Positions 18,593 to 29,729 of a stretch of 64,000 bases of DNA are shown one piece after another (position 1 is the first letter of the stretch; the number at the start of each line of letters is the position of its first letter). The DNA is from Holosporales bacterium (GTDB lineage: Bacteria; Pseudomonadota; Alphaproteobacteria; UBA3830; JAIRWN01): NCBI GenBank assembly GCA_031263535.1, contig JAISFO010000023.1, positions 16,516 through 80,515 of the forward strand, read 5' to 3'. A model generated the notes under the pieces. It did not search any database. It worked only from the letters and a program-made list of their open reading frames with translations, and was not told where the DNA came from. Position numbers and translations under genes: made by a program.

Positions 18593-20389
18593 TTAATTAT
18601 CTATTTTCAGCACGGCCATAAAGGCGCTTTGCGGTATAGTAACTCGCCCAATCTCACGCATCCTTTTCTTGCCTTCTTTCTGCTTTTCCAGCAGTTTGCG
18701 CTTTCTGGTGATATCTCCACCATAGCATTTAGCTGTGACGTCCTTACGTAAAGCGGAAATAGTTTCCCGTGCGATTACCTTAGCGCCTATTGCCGCTTGA
18801 ATCGGGATTTTGAACAAATGCCTGGGAATAAGCTCTCTCAGCCGTTCACACAGCGCGCGCCCTCGCAGCTCGGCTTTTGTTTTATGCACAATTGAGGCCA
18901 AAGCGTCGACTAACTCGCCATTTATAAGTATGTTCAGGCGTACCAAATCGCCTGGCCTGTAATCATAGATTTCGTAATCAAAGCTGGCATATCCACGGCT
19001 GATAGACTTAAGCCGATCATAGAAGTCAAAGACTGTCTCATTTAGTGGCAGTTCATACACGGCCATAGCCCGAGCGCCAACATAAGTAAGGTCTCGCTGA
19101 ACTCCTCGGCGCTCTTCACATAGGCTTAGCACTGCGCCTAAATACTCGTCAGGTACGATAATTGTGGCCTTAATCCAAGGCTCTTCAATCTGTTGCACCT
19201 TAACAAGGTCTGGCATATCGGCCGGATTGTGCAAGGTTACTTCTTTGCCATTAGTAAGAACAATTCTGTAAATAACGCTTGGCGCGGTGGTCACGATGTC
19301 AAGGTCGTATTCTCTTTCCAGACGCTCTTTTATTACCTCTAGATGCAACAGGCCCAGAAAGCCGCATCTGAACCCAAAACCAAGTGCGGCAGAAGACTCT
19401 GTTTCAAACGAAAAACTGGCGTCGTTAAGGTGAAGCTTTTCCAGGCTTTCTCGCAGGCGTGGAAAATCAGAGGCTTCCGTCGGGAACATGCTACAAAAGA
19501 CCACTGGAGTAACGGGTTTAAATCCTGGCAATGGCGTTTCTGCCGGTTTTAATTCGGTCGTTATTGTATCGCCGACATTACAGTCGGATACGTGCCTTAT
19601 ACCGGACGAGATATACCCTATTTCCCCCGGTCCTAATAAGCTAAGTTTATTGGGCTTTGGGGTGAAGACACCGACCTCTTCTATTGTATATACGCTGCCG
19701 TTAGACATCATTTTGATTTTCATTCCGGCTTGTAATGTTCCGTCCATTACGCGAACGAGGGTAACAACGCCTATATACTGATCGTACCAACTGTCGACCA
19801 AAAGCGCCTTCAATGGCGCGGTTGCCTCACCCTTCGGCGCAGGTAGCTTTCTTATCAGCGCCTCTAGGACGCCTTTTATGCCTTCCCCTGTTTTGGCTGA
19901 GACCCTTATGGCATCATGCGCTTCGATCCCGATCACTTCTTCTATTTGCTCGGCTACTCGTTCGCAGTCCGAAGCTGGAAGATCAATCTTGTTCAGGACG
20001 GTAATTACCTCATGATCGTTGCCAATGGCGTGGTAGGCATTGGCCAGAGTCTGCGCTTCGACCCCCTGGGTTGAGTCGACAACCAACAGCGACCCCTCGC
20101 AAGCGGCCAGCGACCGGCTTACCTCATAAGCAAAATCCACATGCCCAGGCGTATCCATCAGATTGAGCTGATATTCATTACCGTCATCAGCTTTGTAGAT
20201 AAGCCTGACGGTTTGGGCCTTAATGGTGATGCCGCGCTCTCGCTCTATATCCATCGAGTCGAGCAATTGATCATGAAACTCTCGTTCAGAAATCCCGCCG
20301 CAGTACTGGATCAGTCGATCGGCCAGCGTAGACTTACCGTGATCTATATGGGCAATGATCGCAAAATTCCTGATAAAGCGAGTATCCAC
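18593..20389 (-). CDS. lepA: elongation factor 4
   Basis: 598 aa; G domain [22 protein letters not shown]. The GTG start directly abuts the pheT stop. Confidence 0.95.
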   Translation of the reverse strand: MDTRFIRNFAIIAHIDHGKSTLADRLIQYCGGISEREFHDQLLDSMDIERERGITIKAQTVRLIYKADDGNEYQLNLMDTPGHVDFAYEVSRSLAACEGSLLVVDSTQGVEAQTLANAYHAIGNDHEVITVLNKIDLPASDCERVAEQIEEVIGIEAHDAIRVSAKTGEGIKGVLEALIRKLPAPKGEATAPLKALLVDSWYDQYIGVVTLVRVMDGTLQAGMKIKMMSNGSVYTIEEVGVFTPKPNKLSLLGPGEIGYISSGIRHVSDCNVGDTITTELKPAETPLPGFKPVTPVVFCSMFPTEASDFPRLRESLEKLHLNDASFSFETESSAALGFGFRCGFLGLLHLEVIKERLEREYDLDIVTTAPSVIYRIVLTNGKEVTLHNPADMPDLVKVQQIEEPWIKATIIVPDEYLGAVLSLCEERRGVQRDLTYVGARAMAVYELPLNETVFDFYDRLKSISRGYASFDYEIYDYRPGDLVRLNILINGELVDALASIVHKTKAELRGRALCERLRELIPRHLFKIPIQAAIGAKVIARETISALRKDVTAKCYGGDITRKRKLLEKQKEGKKRMREIGRVTIPQSAFMAVLKIDN

Positions 20390-22792
20390 CTACTGCCTTA
20401 TGACTCCGCCAAAGTGCTTATTGACTTCAGAGATAATCCTGGCCGACATATCCTGAAGCTGTTCGTCAGTGAACGTAGCGTCGGTTGGCTCTAGGCTGAC
20501 GCGTATGGCCAAAGATTTCTTACCTTCGCCAACTTTATCGCCTTCATATACATCGAAAACGCCAATTTTCTTAATTACATTGGGGCTGGTGGCTTTTATC
20601 GCGCTTAGGATATCACCCGCCGGGACGGTTTTATCTAAGACAAAGGCGAAATCCCTTACGGCTGATTGAAGGCGTTTATTTGATAAAGCGCCGAGGCTGT
20701 CGATTTTCAGCGCGAACAGAGCGTCTAGATCTATCTCAAATCCAAGGACTTTGCATCCATTTACGCCCATTTTCTTAAGCGTCTGCGGATGAATTTCACC
20801 AAACCAGGCAACATCGGCTTTACTAACGTTGATTTTCCCACTGCGCCCAGGGTGGTACCAAGAGGCCGCGTCAGAAGAAACACAAATGTTTTCGCGAATT
20901 CCGCATACAGACTTGATTACAGCGGCGATGCAGGACTTAAGCGTAAACACATCGTGTTCCAGATTGCCTGACCAATGAGGAATTGGCGCGCAATCAAGCA
21001 TACATCCGCCTGCCATTAATACCTGGCTTTCCAAAGATTTGTATACAGCCCCAACCTCAAACAAGGCTATGTTGTCTTTGCCGGTATTTTTATTTTTCAG
21101 GCAGGCAGATATAAGGTTCGCCAGCATAGAGCAACGCATCACCGATAAATCGGCGCTGATTGGATTGGCCAGTTCTACGATATGGTCTGATTCTGTGCAA
21201 AACAGGTCGTTTTGCTCACGCGATGTGAAGGCATAGGTTACAACCTCATCAAGGCCACACGCACACAAAGTTCTTTTAACGCTGATAACCTTCTTTTCTT
21301 TGGCGATTGTACCGCCCAGGTCTTCAGATAACGCGTAGGGCAGATGGACTGTGGGCGCGCTCTCATAGCCAACAAGCCGCAGCACCTCTTCTATAAGATC
21401 TTCTTCTATTGAGATATCATGTCGCCAAGATGGAACTGAGAACGCAAGCTCATTGTCGCTGTCAGAAACCAGATTCAGGCCCAATGCAGTCAGTTTTTCC
21501 CTAACCTTATCGGCAGTAATTTTCATAGCTGATACCTGTTCCAAGCGAGCAAGACGCAACTTTACTGGCTCTGTGGCGATTTTCTTCCTTACGTCACGTA
21601 CGTACATATTGCTCAACTGTCCACCGCAAATACTAATCACCATATTGGCGGCGTCCGAGAGGCCAGCCAAGGTATACTCTGGATCGATACCACGCTCAAA
21701 CCGCGTGCGGGCTTCACTGACGATATTCAGCTGCCGACCTGCTTGAGCAACGCCTATTGGGTCAAAAACAGCCGATTCAAGCATAATCGTTGAGGTTTTA
21801 TCGCTGACTTTCGACCTTTCTCCGCCCATAACCCCAAGAACACCCAAGATACCGGCTGAATCACTAATTACAGGGATACCTTTTGGCAACTTTGTGGCGT
21901 GTCCTTTAAGGTCTTTAAATTCCTCGCCCGGCTTAGATAGCCTTATCGATACAGTATCACCTTCGATACAATCAACATCATAGGCATGCAGAGGGCGCGC
22001 CATATCCAGACAAAAGTAGTTAGTGATGTCTACCAATGCGGATATGGGCTCTAGCCCGGCGCTTCTAAGCTTTTTCTTAAGCCAATCGGGGCTTTCAACA
22101 TTTTTGACGCCCTTAATAACTTGCAGGGCTAAAAGCGGTACGCTTTCGTCCATAAGGTCGCCATCGAATGAGACTTTCACGGGGAAATCGAACTCGCCTT
22201 CCGCTGCTCCTGAAGCTTGAAGCGGCTTAAGATTGCCTATTCCTGCGGCGGCAAGGTCTCTGGCAATTCCACGCACGGCAAAGCAGTCTGCCCGGTTAGG
22301 GGTCAGCGAAACTTCTATAACTGCCTCGATATCCAAAACATCTGCGATTGGCTGGCCCAAAGATGCTGCGTCGATTTTGTCTATCTCTATAATACCTTCA
22401 CGATCCTGCCCAAGCATAAGCTCACGGGCAGAGCACATCATGCCCATACTTTCTGCTCCACGGATTTTCGTTTTGCTAATCGTTAGGTTGCCGTTGGGAA
22501 TCACCGCGCCAGGAAGCGCCAAAGCCACATAGATACCGGCTCGCGCGTTTGGCGCTCCACAAACTATCTGAAGAATCTCCGCGCCATAGTTAACCTTACA
22601 TATCTTCAGCCTGTCTGCTTGCGGATGCTTTTCGGCGGACTCTACATAAGCAACTACGATATCCTTGAACGCCTCTTTAGGATTATAAACTGATTCAACC
22701 TCTAAGCCGATATTCGTCAAGGTTGAGGTAATAAGCCCAAGATTAGCCTCAGTATCCAAATGGTCTTTTAGCCAGTTTAACGAAAATTTCAA
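20390..22792 (-). CDS. pheT: phenylalanine--tRNA ligase beta subunit
   Basis: 800 aa with N-terminal tRNA-binding domain (KHPQADRLKICKVNYG), B3/4 and B5 domains. TTG start. Confidence 0.95.
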   Translation of the reverse strand: MKFSLNWLKDHLDTEANLGLITSTLTNIGLEVESVYNPKEAFKDIVVAYVESAEKHPQADRLKICKVNYGAEILQIVCGAPNARAGIYVALALPGAVIPNGNLTISKTKIRGAESMGMMCSARELMLGQDREGIIEIDKIDAASLGQPIADVLDIEAVIEVSLTPNRADCFAVRGIARDLAAAGIGNLKPLQASGAAEGEFDFPVKVSFDGDLMDESVPLLALQVIKGVKNVESPDWLKKKLRSAGLEPISALVDITNYFCLDMARPLHAYDVDCIEGDTVSIRLSKPGEEFKDLKGHATKLPKGIPVISDSAGILGVLGVMGGERSKVSDKTSTIMLESAVFDPIGVAQAGRQLNIVSEARTRFERGIDPEYTLAGLSDAANMVISICGGQLSNMYVRDVRKKIATEPVKLRLARLEQVSAMKITADKVREKLTALGLNLVSDSDNELAFSVPSWRHDISIEEDLIEEVLRLVGYESAPTVHLPYALSEDLGGTIAKEKKVISVKRTLCACGLDEVVTYAFTSREQNDLFCTESDHIVELANPISADLSVMRCSMLANLISACLKNKNTGKDNIALFEVGAVYKSLESQVLMAGGCMLDCAPIPHWSGNLEHDVFTLKSCIAAVIKSVCGIRENICVSSDAASWYHPGRSGKINVSKADVAWFGEIHPQTLKKMGVNGCKVLGFEIDLDALFALKIDSLGALSNKRLQSAVRDFAFVLDKTVPAGDILSAIKATSPNVIKKIGVFDVYEGDKVGEGKKSLAIRVSLEPTDATFTDEQLQDMSARIISEVNKHFGGVIRQ

Positions 22793-22810
22793 AAGCCAAC
22801 TCCTTATTCG

Positions 22811-23890
22811 TCAAGCAAATGCAGAAAAGCCGTAACGCTCTGTCCAATCTGCGTCAGCTTCGAAAAAACCTCTGATGTCCGGCACGCCGTACTTCAGGAT
22901 AGCAAGCCTGTCTAACCCCCATCCCATGGCAAATCCTTGGTATTGCTCAGCGTCTATTTTTCCGTGCTTCAACACCTCTGGATGCACCATTCCACATCCA
23001 GCAATCTCTAGCCATTTATTTTCTTCCGTCTTGCTTTGGCCAATTACTATGCGCTTGTCCTTTATATAGTACGGAATGTCAACCTCTGCCGATGGCTCTG
23101 TAAACGGGAAATATCCAGGACGGATCCGCATGGGCAAAGTTGATATTTCGAAAAATTTGCGGCAAAAGTCGGTAATGCAGCCCTTAAGATGCGCAAAGTT
23201 GACTCCTTTGTCTAAAACCAGCACCTCTGCCTGGTGAAACATGGGGGAATGCGTTGCGTCATAGTCGCACCTAAAGGTCCTGCCGGGCACCAATACTCTA
23301 AGCGGCGCCCCCCACCTAAGCATAGAATGTATCTGTACTGGCGAAGTATGCGTACGCAGCAAGTATTTGCCGAGCTTTTCATCGGACCTGCCGGCTGCAC
23401 GCCTGTCATCCTTAATATAAAATGTATCATGCATCTGGCGGGCTGGATGCGATTCAGGTATATTTAGGGCCGTGAAGTTGAAGTACTCGCGCTCTAAATC
23501 TTGGCCTGAAGCAACGGCAAATCCCTGCGCGGTAAATATGTCGGTTACTTCCTGAAACACCTTGGTCAGCGGATGCAGTCGGCCAAACTTTTGCTCTAGC
23601 TCAGGCAGCGTTACATCAACGCCCTCTGACATAAGCCGGTCGCTAATCGCCTCGTCCTCAAGAGCAATTCTGCGTTTAGCGATTGCGCCTAATGCTATAT
23701 TCTTAAGGTTATTAGCCGTTTGACTGACTTTCTTGCGTTCTTCTGGTGAAAGCGTGCCCGCTTGCTGCAGGACCTGGGTTATCGAACCACTTTTGCCCAG
23801 TAGTGCCACACGCAAAGACTCAAGCGCGGCTAAATCTTTACAGCTGTCTATATCACGCAAAACCTTATCGCTATCCGGAATGGCTGACAT
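22811..23890 (-). CDS. pheS: phenylalanine--tRNA ligase alpha subunit
   Basis: 359 aa; class II motif 2 context FRCDYDATHSPMFHQAEVL. Confidence 0.95.
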   Translation of the reverse strand: MSAIPDSDKVLRDIDSCKDLAALESLRVALLGKSGSITQVLQQAGTLSPEERKKVSQTANNLKNIALGAIAKRRIALEDEAISDRLMSEGVDVTLPELEQKFGRLHPLTKVFQEVTDIFTAQGFAVASGQDLEREYFNFTALNIPESHPARQMHDTFYIKDDRRAAGRSDEKLGKYLLRTHTSPVQIHSMLRWGAPLRVLVPGRTFRCDYDATHSPMFHQAEVLVLDKGVNFAHLKGCITDFCRKFFEISTLPMRIRPGYFPFTEPSAEVDIPYYIKDKRIVIGQSKTEENKWLEIAGCGMVHPEVLKHGKIDAEQYQGFAMGWGLDRLAILKYGVPDIRGFFEADADWTERYGFSAFA

Positions 23891-24000
23891 AACTGTGTCC
23901 TTAAAACGACAAGAAGGCTAGCATGTTCGCCAGTACAAAAAAAGATGTTCACTGTTACTAAGATGTCCTATCCTCACCGAAATCAAAGCCGGAGGGATAT

Positions 24001-24843
24001 TTGTCTGAGCCAAATCTAGATGAAGTTAAAAGCATCATAAATGGCACGCCGCTTAATGCAGCCGGTCTTCAGAATAATTCTGACCTGAAGCTCGCCGTTA
24101 AGTTTTGTATAGACGGGCTTGATAAAGGTACGCTGCGAATCGCTGAGTGTAAAAACGGTGAATGGACAGTAAATGATTTTCTAAAGCGCGCTGTTCTGCT
24201 TTATTTTCGGCTGCAAGACAATTGTGTTTTAGAGTTTGGTAAAGACCGAGCCGGCCCTGTGTTTTGGGATAAAATACCATTAAAAACCACTGGTTGGTCT
24301 GAATCTGATTTTAAGAAAAGTGGTTTTCGTATGGTTGCCGGGGCTGTCGTAAGGTACGGGGCATTCATTGGACCGTCGACAGTCATTATGCCCAGTTTCA
24401 TCAACATCGGCGCATATGTTGGGTGCAGCACTATGGTGGACGCTTGGGCGACTGTTGGTTCTTGCGCCCAAATCGGCAGCAAATGCCACATATCCGACGG
24501 CGTAACGATAGGCGGCGTGCTTGAGCCAATCCAAGCGTCCCCCGTGATAATTGAAGATGATTGTTTTATCGGCGCCAGGTCCAGCGTATCCGAAGGGGTT
24601 AAAATTGGCCAAGGCAGCGTTTTGGCCTCCGGCGTATCTATAAGCGCCTCAACTAAGATAGTCGATCGCGAAACAGGCGCAGTAACTTACGGCTTTGTGC
24701 CTCCATACTCGGTCGTTGTGCCAGGCAGCATCGCCGCAAGTGGCGGTAAAACGCCGTTAAGCACCGCATGTGTGCTTATAGTTAAGCATGTTGATGAGCA
24801 AACTCGCGCCAAAACAGCAATCAACGAAATCTTAAGGTGGTGA
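24001..24843 (+). CDS. dapD: 2,3,4,5-tetrahydropyridine-2,6-dicarboxylate N-succinyltransferase
   Basis: 280 aa with a hexapeptide-repeat left-handed helix region (IGAYVGCSTMVDAWATVGSCAQIGSKCHISDGVTIGGVLEP). TTG start. Confidence 0.85.
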   Translation: MSEPNLDEVKSIINGTPLNAAGLQNNSDLKLAVKFCIDGLDKGTLRIAECKNGEWTVNDFLKRAVLLYFRLQDNCVLEFGKDRAGPVFWDKIPLKTTGWSESDFKKSGFRMVAGAVVRYGAFIGPSTVIMPSFINIGAYVGCSTMVDAWATVGSCAQIGSKCHISDGVTIGGVLEPIQASPVIIEDDCFIGARSSVSEGVKIGQGSVLASGVSISASTKIVDRETGAVTYGFVPPYSVVVPGSIAASGGKTPLSTACVLIVKHVDEQTRAKTAINEILRW

Positions 24844-24844
24844 T

Positions 24845-26056
24845 TTGTCGCTAGCCGTCCTTTGGAACAAGCAGCTTGCCTTGTTATTTGTTGGCAATGT
24901 GTTTGAGTTTTATAACTTCTCGCTATTCGTGATGTTCAGCAAGGAAATAAGTGCCGCCTTTTTCCCCAACTACCCGGCTTATATAGGCTATGTGCTGTTT
25001 GCCGTTGGCTTTGTTGCAAGACCACTGGGGGGGCTGTTGTTCGGTTATTTAGGCGACATTCGCGGCCGTAAAACTTCCCTTATCATCGCGGTAGTAATGT
25101 TATCACTTCCCACAATCATGATAGGGGCGCTACCTGGCTATGGCTGCTTAGGCATTGCGTCTCAGGTAATGGCGCTTTTGTGCCGATTGCTCCAGGGCGT
25201 AAGCATAAACGGTGAGTATATAACCGCGTCTGTGCTGGCTTTGGAAAAAAGGGGGGTAAGTCAGACATTTACCAGCTGCATCCTTACGGCCGCCAACAGC
25301 GTTGGTACCAGCCTGGCTCTGCTGGTCAGCTATATCGCCTGGCCGTGTGAGGAAAGTTGGCGTTTCTGGTTTTTGTTTGGCGGAGTTGGGTCCCTGGTCT
25401 ACTTATGGCGCAGGTTTGCCTATATTAAAGAATCCGATGAATTTGTGGCTAGTCACTCAACTTGCAAGAAGTTTGTTTTGGAGAACCTGTTCAAGCAGCA
25501 TTTAGGCGCAGTATTTATGGTCATTGGCATCGGCGCTTTCAGCCAAGCTGTATCCTATTCTGTGGTGGTGAATATTAAGGATTTTACCTCCGCCAGCGAC
25601 GCCGTTTGGGTACAAGAAACCATCAGGTTTCTTATGATCGTTCTGCCGGTTTTTACCTATCCAGCGATGGGTCGGCTGTTTGCTAAAACTCGGCCAGAAA
25701 ATGTAATGCTGTCAATCGCGCTATTAGGCGTGTTTTTTACCTATCCGGCATTTTGTATGCTTTCAAATTCTTCAAAATTTATTGCCTTGGTTGGAGGGTT
25801 GGTCGTCACCATACTTGGCGGCAGTATAAGCGGCCCGTCTAAGGCGGTTTACAAACAACTGTTTCCCGTCCAATGCAGGTGCAGTGGTATAGCTATCGGC
25901 AAAGGTATTGGAGGCCTTTTATTTGGAGGCCTTTCACCATTACTCAACGCCTGGCTGATTGAATTGGCTTCTGTTAAATTTGTAGCCGCCTACATGACCA
26001 TTTGCGCCATTATTTCGCTCGGAAGCCTCGCAGCGGCAAAAAGACGGGGAATTTAG
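24845..26056 (+). CDS. MFS transporter, metabolite:H+ symporter (ProP-like) type
   Basis: 403 aa. FEFYNFSLF corresponds to the EWYDF-type motif of the MHS family; GDIRGRK loop present. TTG start. Confidence 0.8.
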   Translation: MSLAVLWNKQLALLFVGNVFEFYNFSLFVMFSKEISAAFFPNYPAYIGYVLFAVGFVARPLGGLLFGYLGDIRGRKTSLIIAVVMLSLPTIMIGALPGYGCLGIASQVMALLCRLLQGVSINGEYITASVLALEKRGVSQTFTSCILTAANSVGTSLALLVSYIAWPCEESWRFWFLFGGVGSLVYLWRRFAYIKESDEFVASHSTCKKFVLENLFKQHLGAVFMVIGIGAFSQAVSYSVVVNIKDFTSASDAVWVQETIRFLMIVLPVFTYPAMGRLFAKTRPENVMLSIALLGVFFTYPAFCMLSNSSKFIALVGGLVVTILGGSISGPSKAVYKQLFPVQCRCSGIAIGKGIGGLLFGGLSPLLNAWLIELASVKFVAAYMTICAIISLGSLAAAKRRGI

Positions 26057-26354
26057 GATATTATAATAGCGCCGTTTAGTTTAACGAACTTTTCATTGTT
26101 TCCTTATTTTATTGCCCAAAACAACCAAAAGATGAATTCCTTATTATTCAAAAATTAACTTGCAATTAATGATTGCTTGTTATATATTGATTATACGCTC
26201 TGGAGTGGAAGTACAGATTTTGTTTTTGAAGAAGATGTTACTTCTGGCCTGAGTGTGGAGGGGAATGGGAATGTATATTGCTCTAGTTAGAAGAATTAGA
26301 GTCTGATACAAAACTGTTTGCCAAAGGGTTTTAATTATTTTTGAGGAAAGTGAA

Positions 26355-27125
26355 ATGAATAAAAAATTGTTACTTAGTGCGACTGCATTGGCTTTAGTAT
26401 CGTCAGTGTTAGACAATTATGCGATGGCTATGAGAAGACCGGCCGCTCCGACAGCAGAGGATAGCTATATTTCTGAGCTAAGGCAAAAATTAGAACGACA
26501 TGTATCAGATTTTGAAATTACGGAAGAGAGCAAACTGCCTTCAAACGCACAAGAGCTTGTAGATGAATATGCTTTGCGCTTCGGTGGTGATATAAACCGT
26601 ATAAATGAAGTACATGAGCAACTATCCCTAGAAGGGAAAAAAGGGCATGCCCTCATGTTTAGTGCCTTACAAGGATGGAGAGAAAATCCGCTGCTGAAAG
26701 ATATTTCCATGCATGATATAATGATGGTTTATCCAGAACTACAAAAGCATTATTTAATTCCGCCGGAAATTAATACTCCATCTCTTCATAATCAGGTCTC
26801 GAGTGTAGCTTCCATGGCGCCAATATACAATGCTTTTTCACCAACGTTGCCTGCAAATATCAGATATAGCTTGGTGGAAGCTACCAATGGATCTATTCCT
26901 TTAGAAGAAATTCGTAAGGCTATTCCTGGCTATACAGGTATTACTGAGGGACCTGATAATAAGCTTAGTAAAGAAGATCGTGAAAAGTATATAGTATACG
27001 TTCTTACGCAACATGGTATGATTGAGAGGTATGCATGGGACATGGCCCGTCATGCGATAGAAGAAGCAAATAAAGTTCGTGATATGGATAGCGCTATTGC
27101 AGAGATGTTCAGAAGTACGAGATAA
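26355..27125 (+). CDS. secreted hypothetical protein
   Basis: 256 aa with SD GAGGAAAG and signal peptide MNKKLLLSATALALVSSVLDNYAMA, which resembles the leader of the 3492-7995 paralogs. The mature part is not recognised. Confidence 0.6.
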   Translation: MNKKLLLSATALALVSSVLDNYAMAMRRPAAPTAEDSYISELRQKLERHVSDFEITEESKLPSNAQELVDEYALRFGGDINRINEVHEQLSLEGKKGHALMFSALQGWRENPLLKDISMHDIMMVYPELQKHYLIPPEINTPSLHNQVSSVASMAPIYNAFSPTLPANIRYSLVEATNGSIPLEEIRKAIPGYTGITEGPDNKLSKEDREKYIVYVLTQHGMIERYAWDMARHAIEEANKVRDMDSAIAEMFRSTR

Positions 27126-27273
27126 TAAATAGGTATCGCTGCTGGACAGTTATGCCTGATTACAAAGAAGCGTCTCGGAAGAAATAAGCGGTCTCTGCCC
27201 TGACGTTTCTTGTATTTATCACGCCGTTTTTTGCATCAATGAAGCAATTTAATAATGATATATACTGGCAATC

Positions 27274-27552
27274 TTATCCCGTATAGTATTTGGTGAGAGA
27301 CGGGCAGCCGAAATCTAATGTGTAGGTGTTGCCTTGGATGTTAAGGCTTGCATTTGCGATTGCTGGGTAGTGTACTAGCCTCACAGAGAAGTGTACATTA
27401 GGAGAAATAAACGACCTGTCGGCGCTTCTAGAGGTAAATATTACCGGAAGAGAAGAGATACCACGACTGATAATTTCTTTATATTTTATCACGTCTCGGT
27501 CTATATTACTAAGCTTGAGATTATTTACTGCTGCATTACTCTTCATTGACAA
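27274..27552 (-). CDS. hypothetical protein (weak call)
   Basis: 92-aa ORF in an otherwise empty 690-bp gap. No SD and no recognisable motif. Confidence 0.25.
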   Translation of the reverse strand: MSMKSNAAVNNLKLSNIDRDVIKYKEIISRGISSLPVIFTSRSADRSFISPNVHFSVRLVHYPAIANASLNIQGNTYTLDFGCPSLTKYYTG

Positions 27553-27815
27553 ACTGGGTAACGTTTTACTATTTCATATTTCAATGAGGCGGCTTAAGAG
27601 CAAAACATAAAGATCTCATACAGGGTAAACCGTGGGTGATGAGAGTTACACTGCTCAAAATCAAGGAGTCATTCGTTTGTTTGATTGGCTAGGGCATATT
27701 TTATGCTACACAAACCGTTTTGCAAGCTAGCTATACAAACGTTTTACACAATCGCTACGTAAAGTTCTGTTTACCTTTGCGCCACGAAATGGTAGATTTG
27801 CCTCTAGGTATTTTT

Positions 27816-28250
27816 ATGCTTTTTAAGTCAAAATTTGAACCGAAAGCTATTAAAGCCAGGCCGCAGAGAGTGGCCGAGGAGCTGCGCAGAATTTTTTCTG
27901 GCATATTTGGTCAAGACAGCTTTTATGATTTTGCCGATAAGGTCAAGCCGTGCTTGACTGTTACTAACGTTGATGTATCTGCTTGCCTTAGATACGCCAA
28001 GGTCTTTGTAACGGAATGCAATGATGTGGATCGAAAAATGCTGATCGATTATCTTAGCTTTAGATCTAAAAAATATCGTTTTAATATGGCCCAGCAGCTG
28101 AAACTAAGGTTCGTGCCAGAGGTATCTTTTCAGTATGACGCGATCGATGACCGTGTGACTGAACTTGACCGAGCCTTTGCTAAAACCAAAGCAAAGGAGC
28201 GTATCGAAGCAGCAGCGAACAGTGACGTATCGGCCCTGCCTATACTGTAA
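27816..28250 (+). CDS. rbfA: ribosome-binding factor A
   Basis: RPQRVAEELRRIFSGIF...LTVTNVDVSACLRYAKVFV fits RbfA. The ATG at 27816 is preferred over the TTG at 27720 used in the ORF track. Confidence 0.8.
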   Translation: MLFKSKFEPKAIKARPQRVAEELRRIFSGIFGQDSFYDFADKVKPCLTVTNVDVSACLRYAKVFVTECNDVDRKMLIDYLSFRSKKYRFNMAQQLKLRFVPEVSFQYDAIDDRVTELDRAFAKTKAKERIEAAANSDVSALPIL

Positions 28251-28301
28251 CTCAAGTTTTGGATTTGAAAATTTGATAACGAAGCGGCGAGCGATGATGT
28301 G

Positions 28302-29729
28302 TCAGCCCCGCCTATACTGCAATCCAAATCTTTTAAGAATTGAGTAAAGCTGTTGCTCAATCTTCACAAAGTTTTCTTGTGTTTTTGCCTCTGCGCGAGC
28401 AACCATGACGTCTTGAGTATTAGAAGCGCGCAATAGCCACCATCCATACTCGCTTTTTACCCTAAGGCCATCGATGGTTTTTATCTCTAAACTCGGCTCT
28501 AAAGCCAGTTCTCGCGAGAGGGTTTCGAGAATTTCAAAAGCGCGATCCCTAGAGCAACTAATCCGTATTTCAGGGGAGCTGAACGTTTTAGGTAAATCGT
28601 CAAGCAAATCGCTTAATGACTTATTCTGATTGGTCAAAAAACTAGCAAGCCTTACCGAAGAGTACAACGCGTCATCAAATCCATACCAATCATCGCTGAA
28701 AAATAAGTGGCCACTCAGCTCGCCGGCCAGCAAGGCCCCTGTTTCGCGCATCTTGGCCTTTATTAACGAATGCCCAGTCGAAGACATTACCGGAACCCCG
28801 CCAAGTCGCTTAACTTCATCAAAAAAAACAAGACTGCTTTTTATATCGGCGATTATTTTTGCCCCTGGATGTTTTTCAAGAACGTCCCTGGCCATTAGGC
28901 ACAACAGTTGATCGCCTGAGATTATACGACCTTTATTGTCTAACACCACCAGCCGATCCGCATCTCCATCGAAGGCTATGCCAAGGTCGTACGAACCTTC
29001 CATGATTAATTGATGTATTTGGTCCATGCTGCCTTTTGCGGTTGGGTCGGGCGATCGACCAGGAAAATTTCCGTCAATCTGCTCGTTGATAAGCGCGTGA
29101 TGACCAGGAACCCTTGCGGATAATCTTTTTATTACTGCACCCGCAGCGCCATTGCCACAATCCCAAACAATATTTATCGGATGAGCAAAATTAATTTTGC
29201 TAAAAACGGCATTAAGGTAATTGTCTAATATATCAACATCAAATATTTGACCGACTTTGGGTGAATCTAAATAGCGTTGATCGTAGACAATCTTGGCCAG
29301 CTTTTTAATATCTTCGCCATAGAAAGGCTTATCGCTCAGAAGCAGCTTGAACCCATTGTGCTCTTTTGGATTATGTGATCCGGTAACCATAACGCCAGCA
29401 TCAAGATTAAGATCATGCACAGCAAAATAAAGCGCAGGCGTTGGCACAAGTCCTGTTAAGTAAACATCTGTGCCGCAAGACACAAGCCCTTGAACCAAAG
29501 AGTCAGTCAGCTCAGGCGATGACAGTCGACCATCCCTTGCGACAGCTATGCGTAACCCGCCGTCATTTCTTACAATTGAAGCAAACGCTTTCCCAATAAA
29601 GAAAGCGTCCTTGTTGTTTAGAGTTTTGCCAAACTCGCCCCGTATATCGTAAAGACGAAGTATTGACTCGTTAAGTGTGTGTTTCACAAATCGCACCCTA
29701 AGACCTTGATAGAGATATCGTCTGAGCAC
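28302..29729 (-). CDS. phosphomannomutase / phosphoglucomutase
   Basis: 475 aa; active-site loop TGSHNPKEHNGFK and Mg-binding FDGDADRL. GTG start. Confidence 0.9.
   Translation of the reverse strand: MLRRYLYQGLRVRFVKHTLNESILRLYDIRGEFGKTLNNKDAFFIGKAFASIVRNDGGLRIAVARDGRLSSPELTDSLVQGLVSCGTDVYLTGLVPTPALYFAVHDLNLDAGVMVTGSHNPKEHNGFKLLLSDKPFYGEDIKKLAKIVYDQRYLDSPKVGQIFDVDILDNYLNAVFSKINFAHPINIVWDCGNGAAGAVIKRLSARVPGHHALINEQIDGNFPGRSPDPTAKGSMDQIHQLIMEGSYDLGIAFDGDADRLVVLDNKGRIISGDQLLCLMARDVLEKHPGAKIIADIKSSLVFFDEVKRLGGVPVMSSTGHSLIKAKMRETGALLAGELSGHLFFSDDWYGFDDALYSSVRLASFLTNQNKSLSDLLDDLPKTFSSPEIRISCSRDRAFEILETLSRELALEPSLEIKTIDGLRVKSEYGWWLLRASNTQDVMVARAEAKTQENFVKIEQQLYSILKRFGLQYRRG

Noticed and set aside
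23891-24000. Replication origin at the strand-bias switch between pheS (-) and dapD (+).
   Set aside because: The gap is only 110 bp and holds at best one two-mismatch DnaA-box-like string (ctatcctca). There is no AT-rich unwinding region or dnaA nearby, and gene orientation to the right is mixed.
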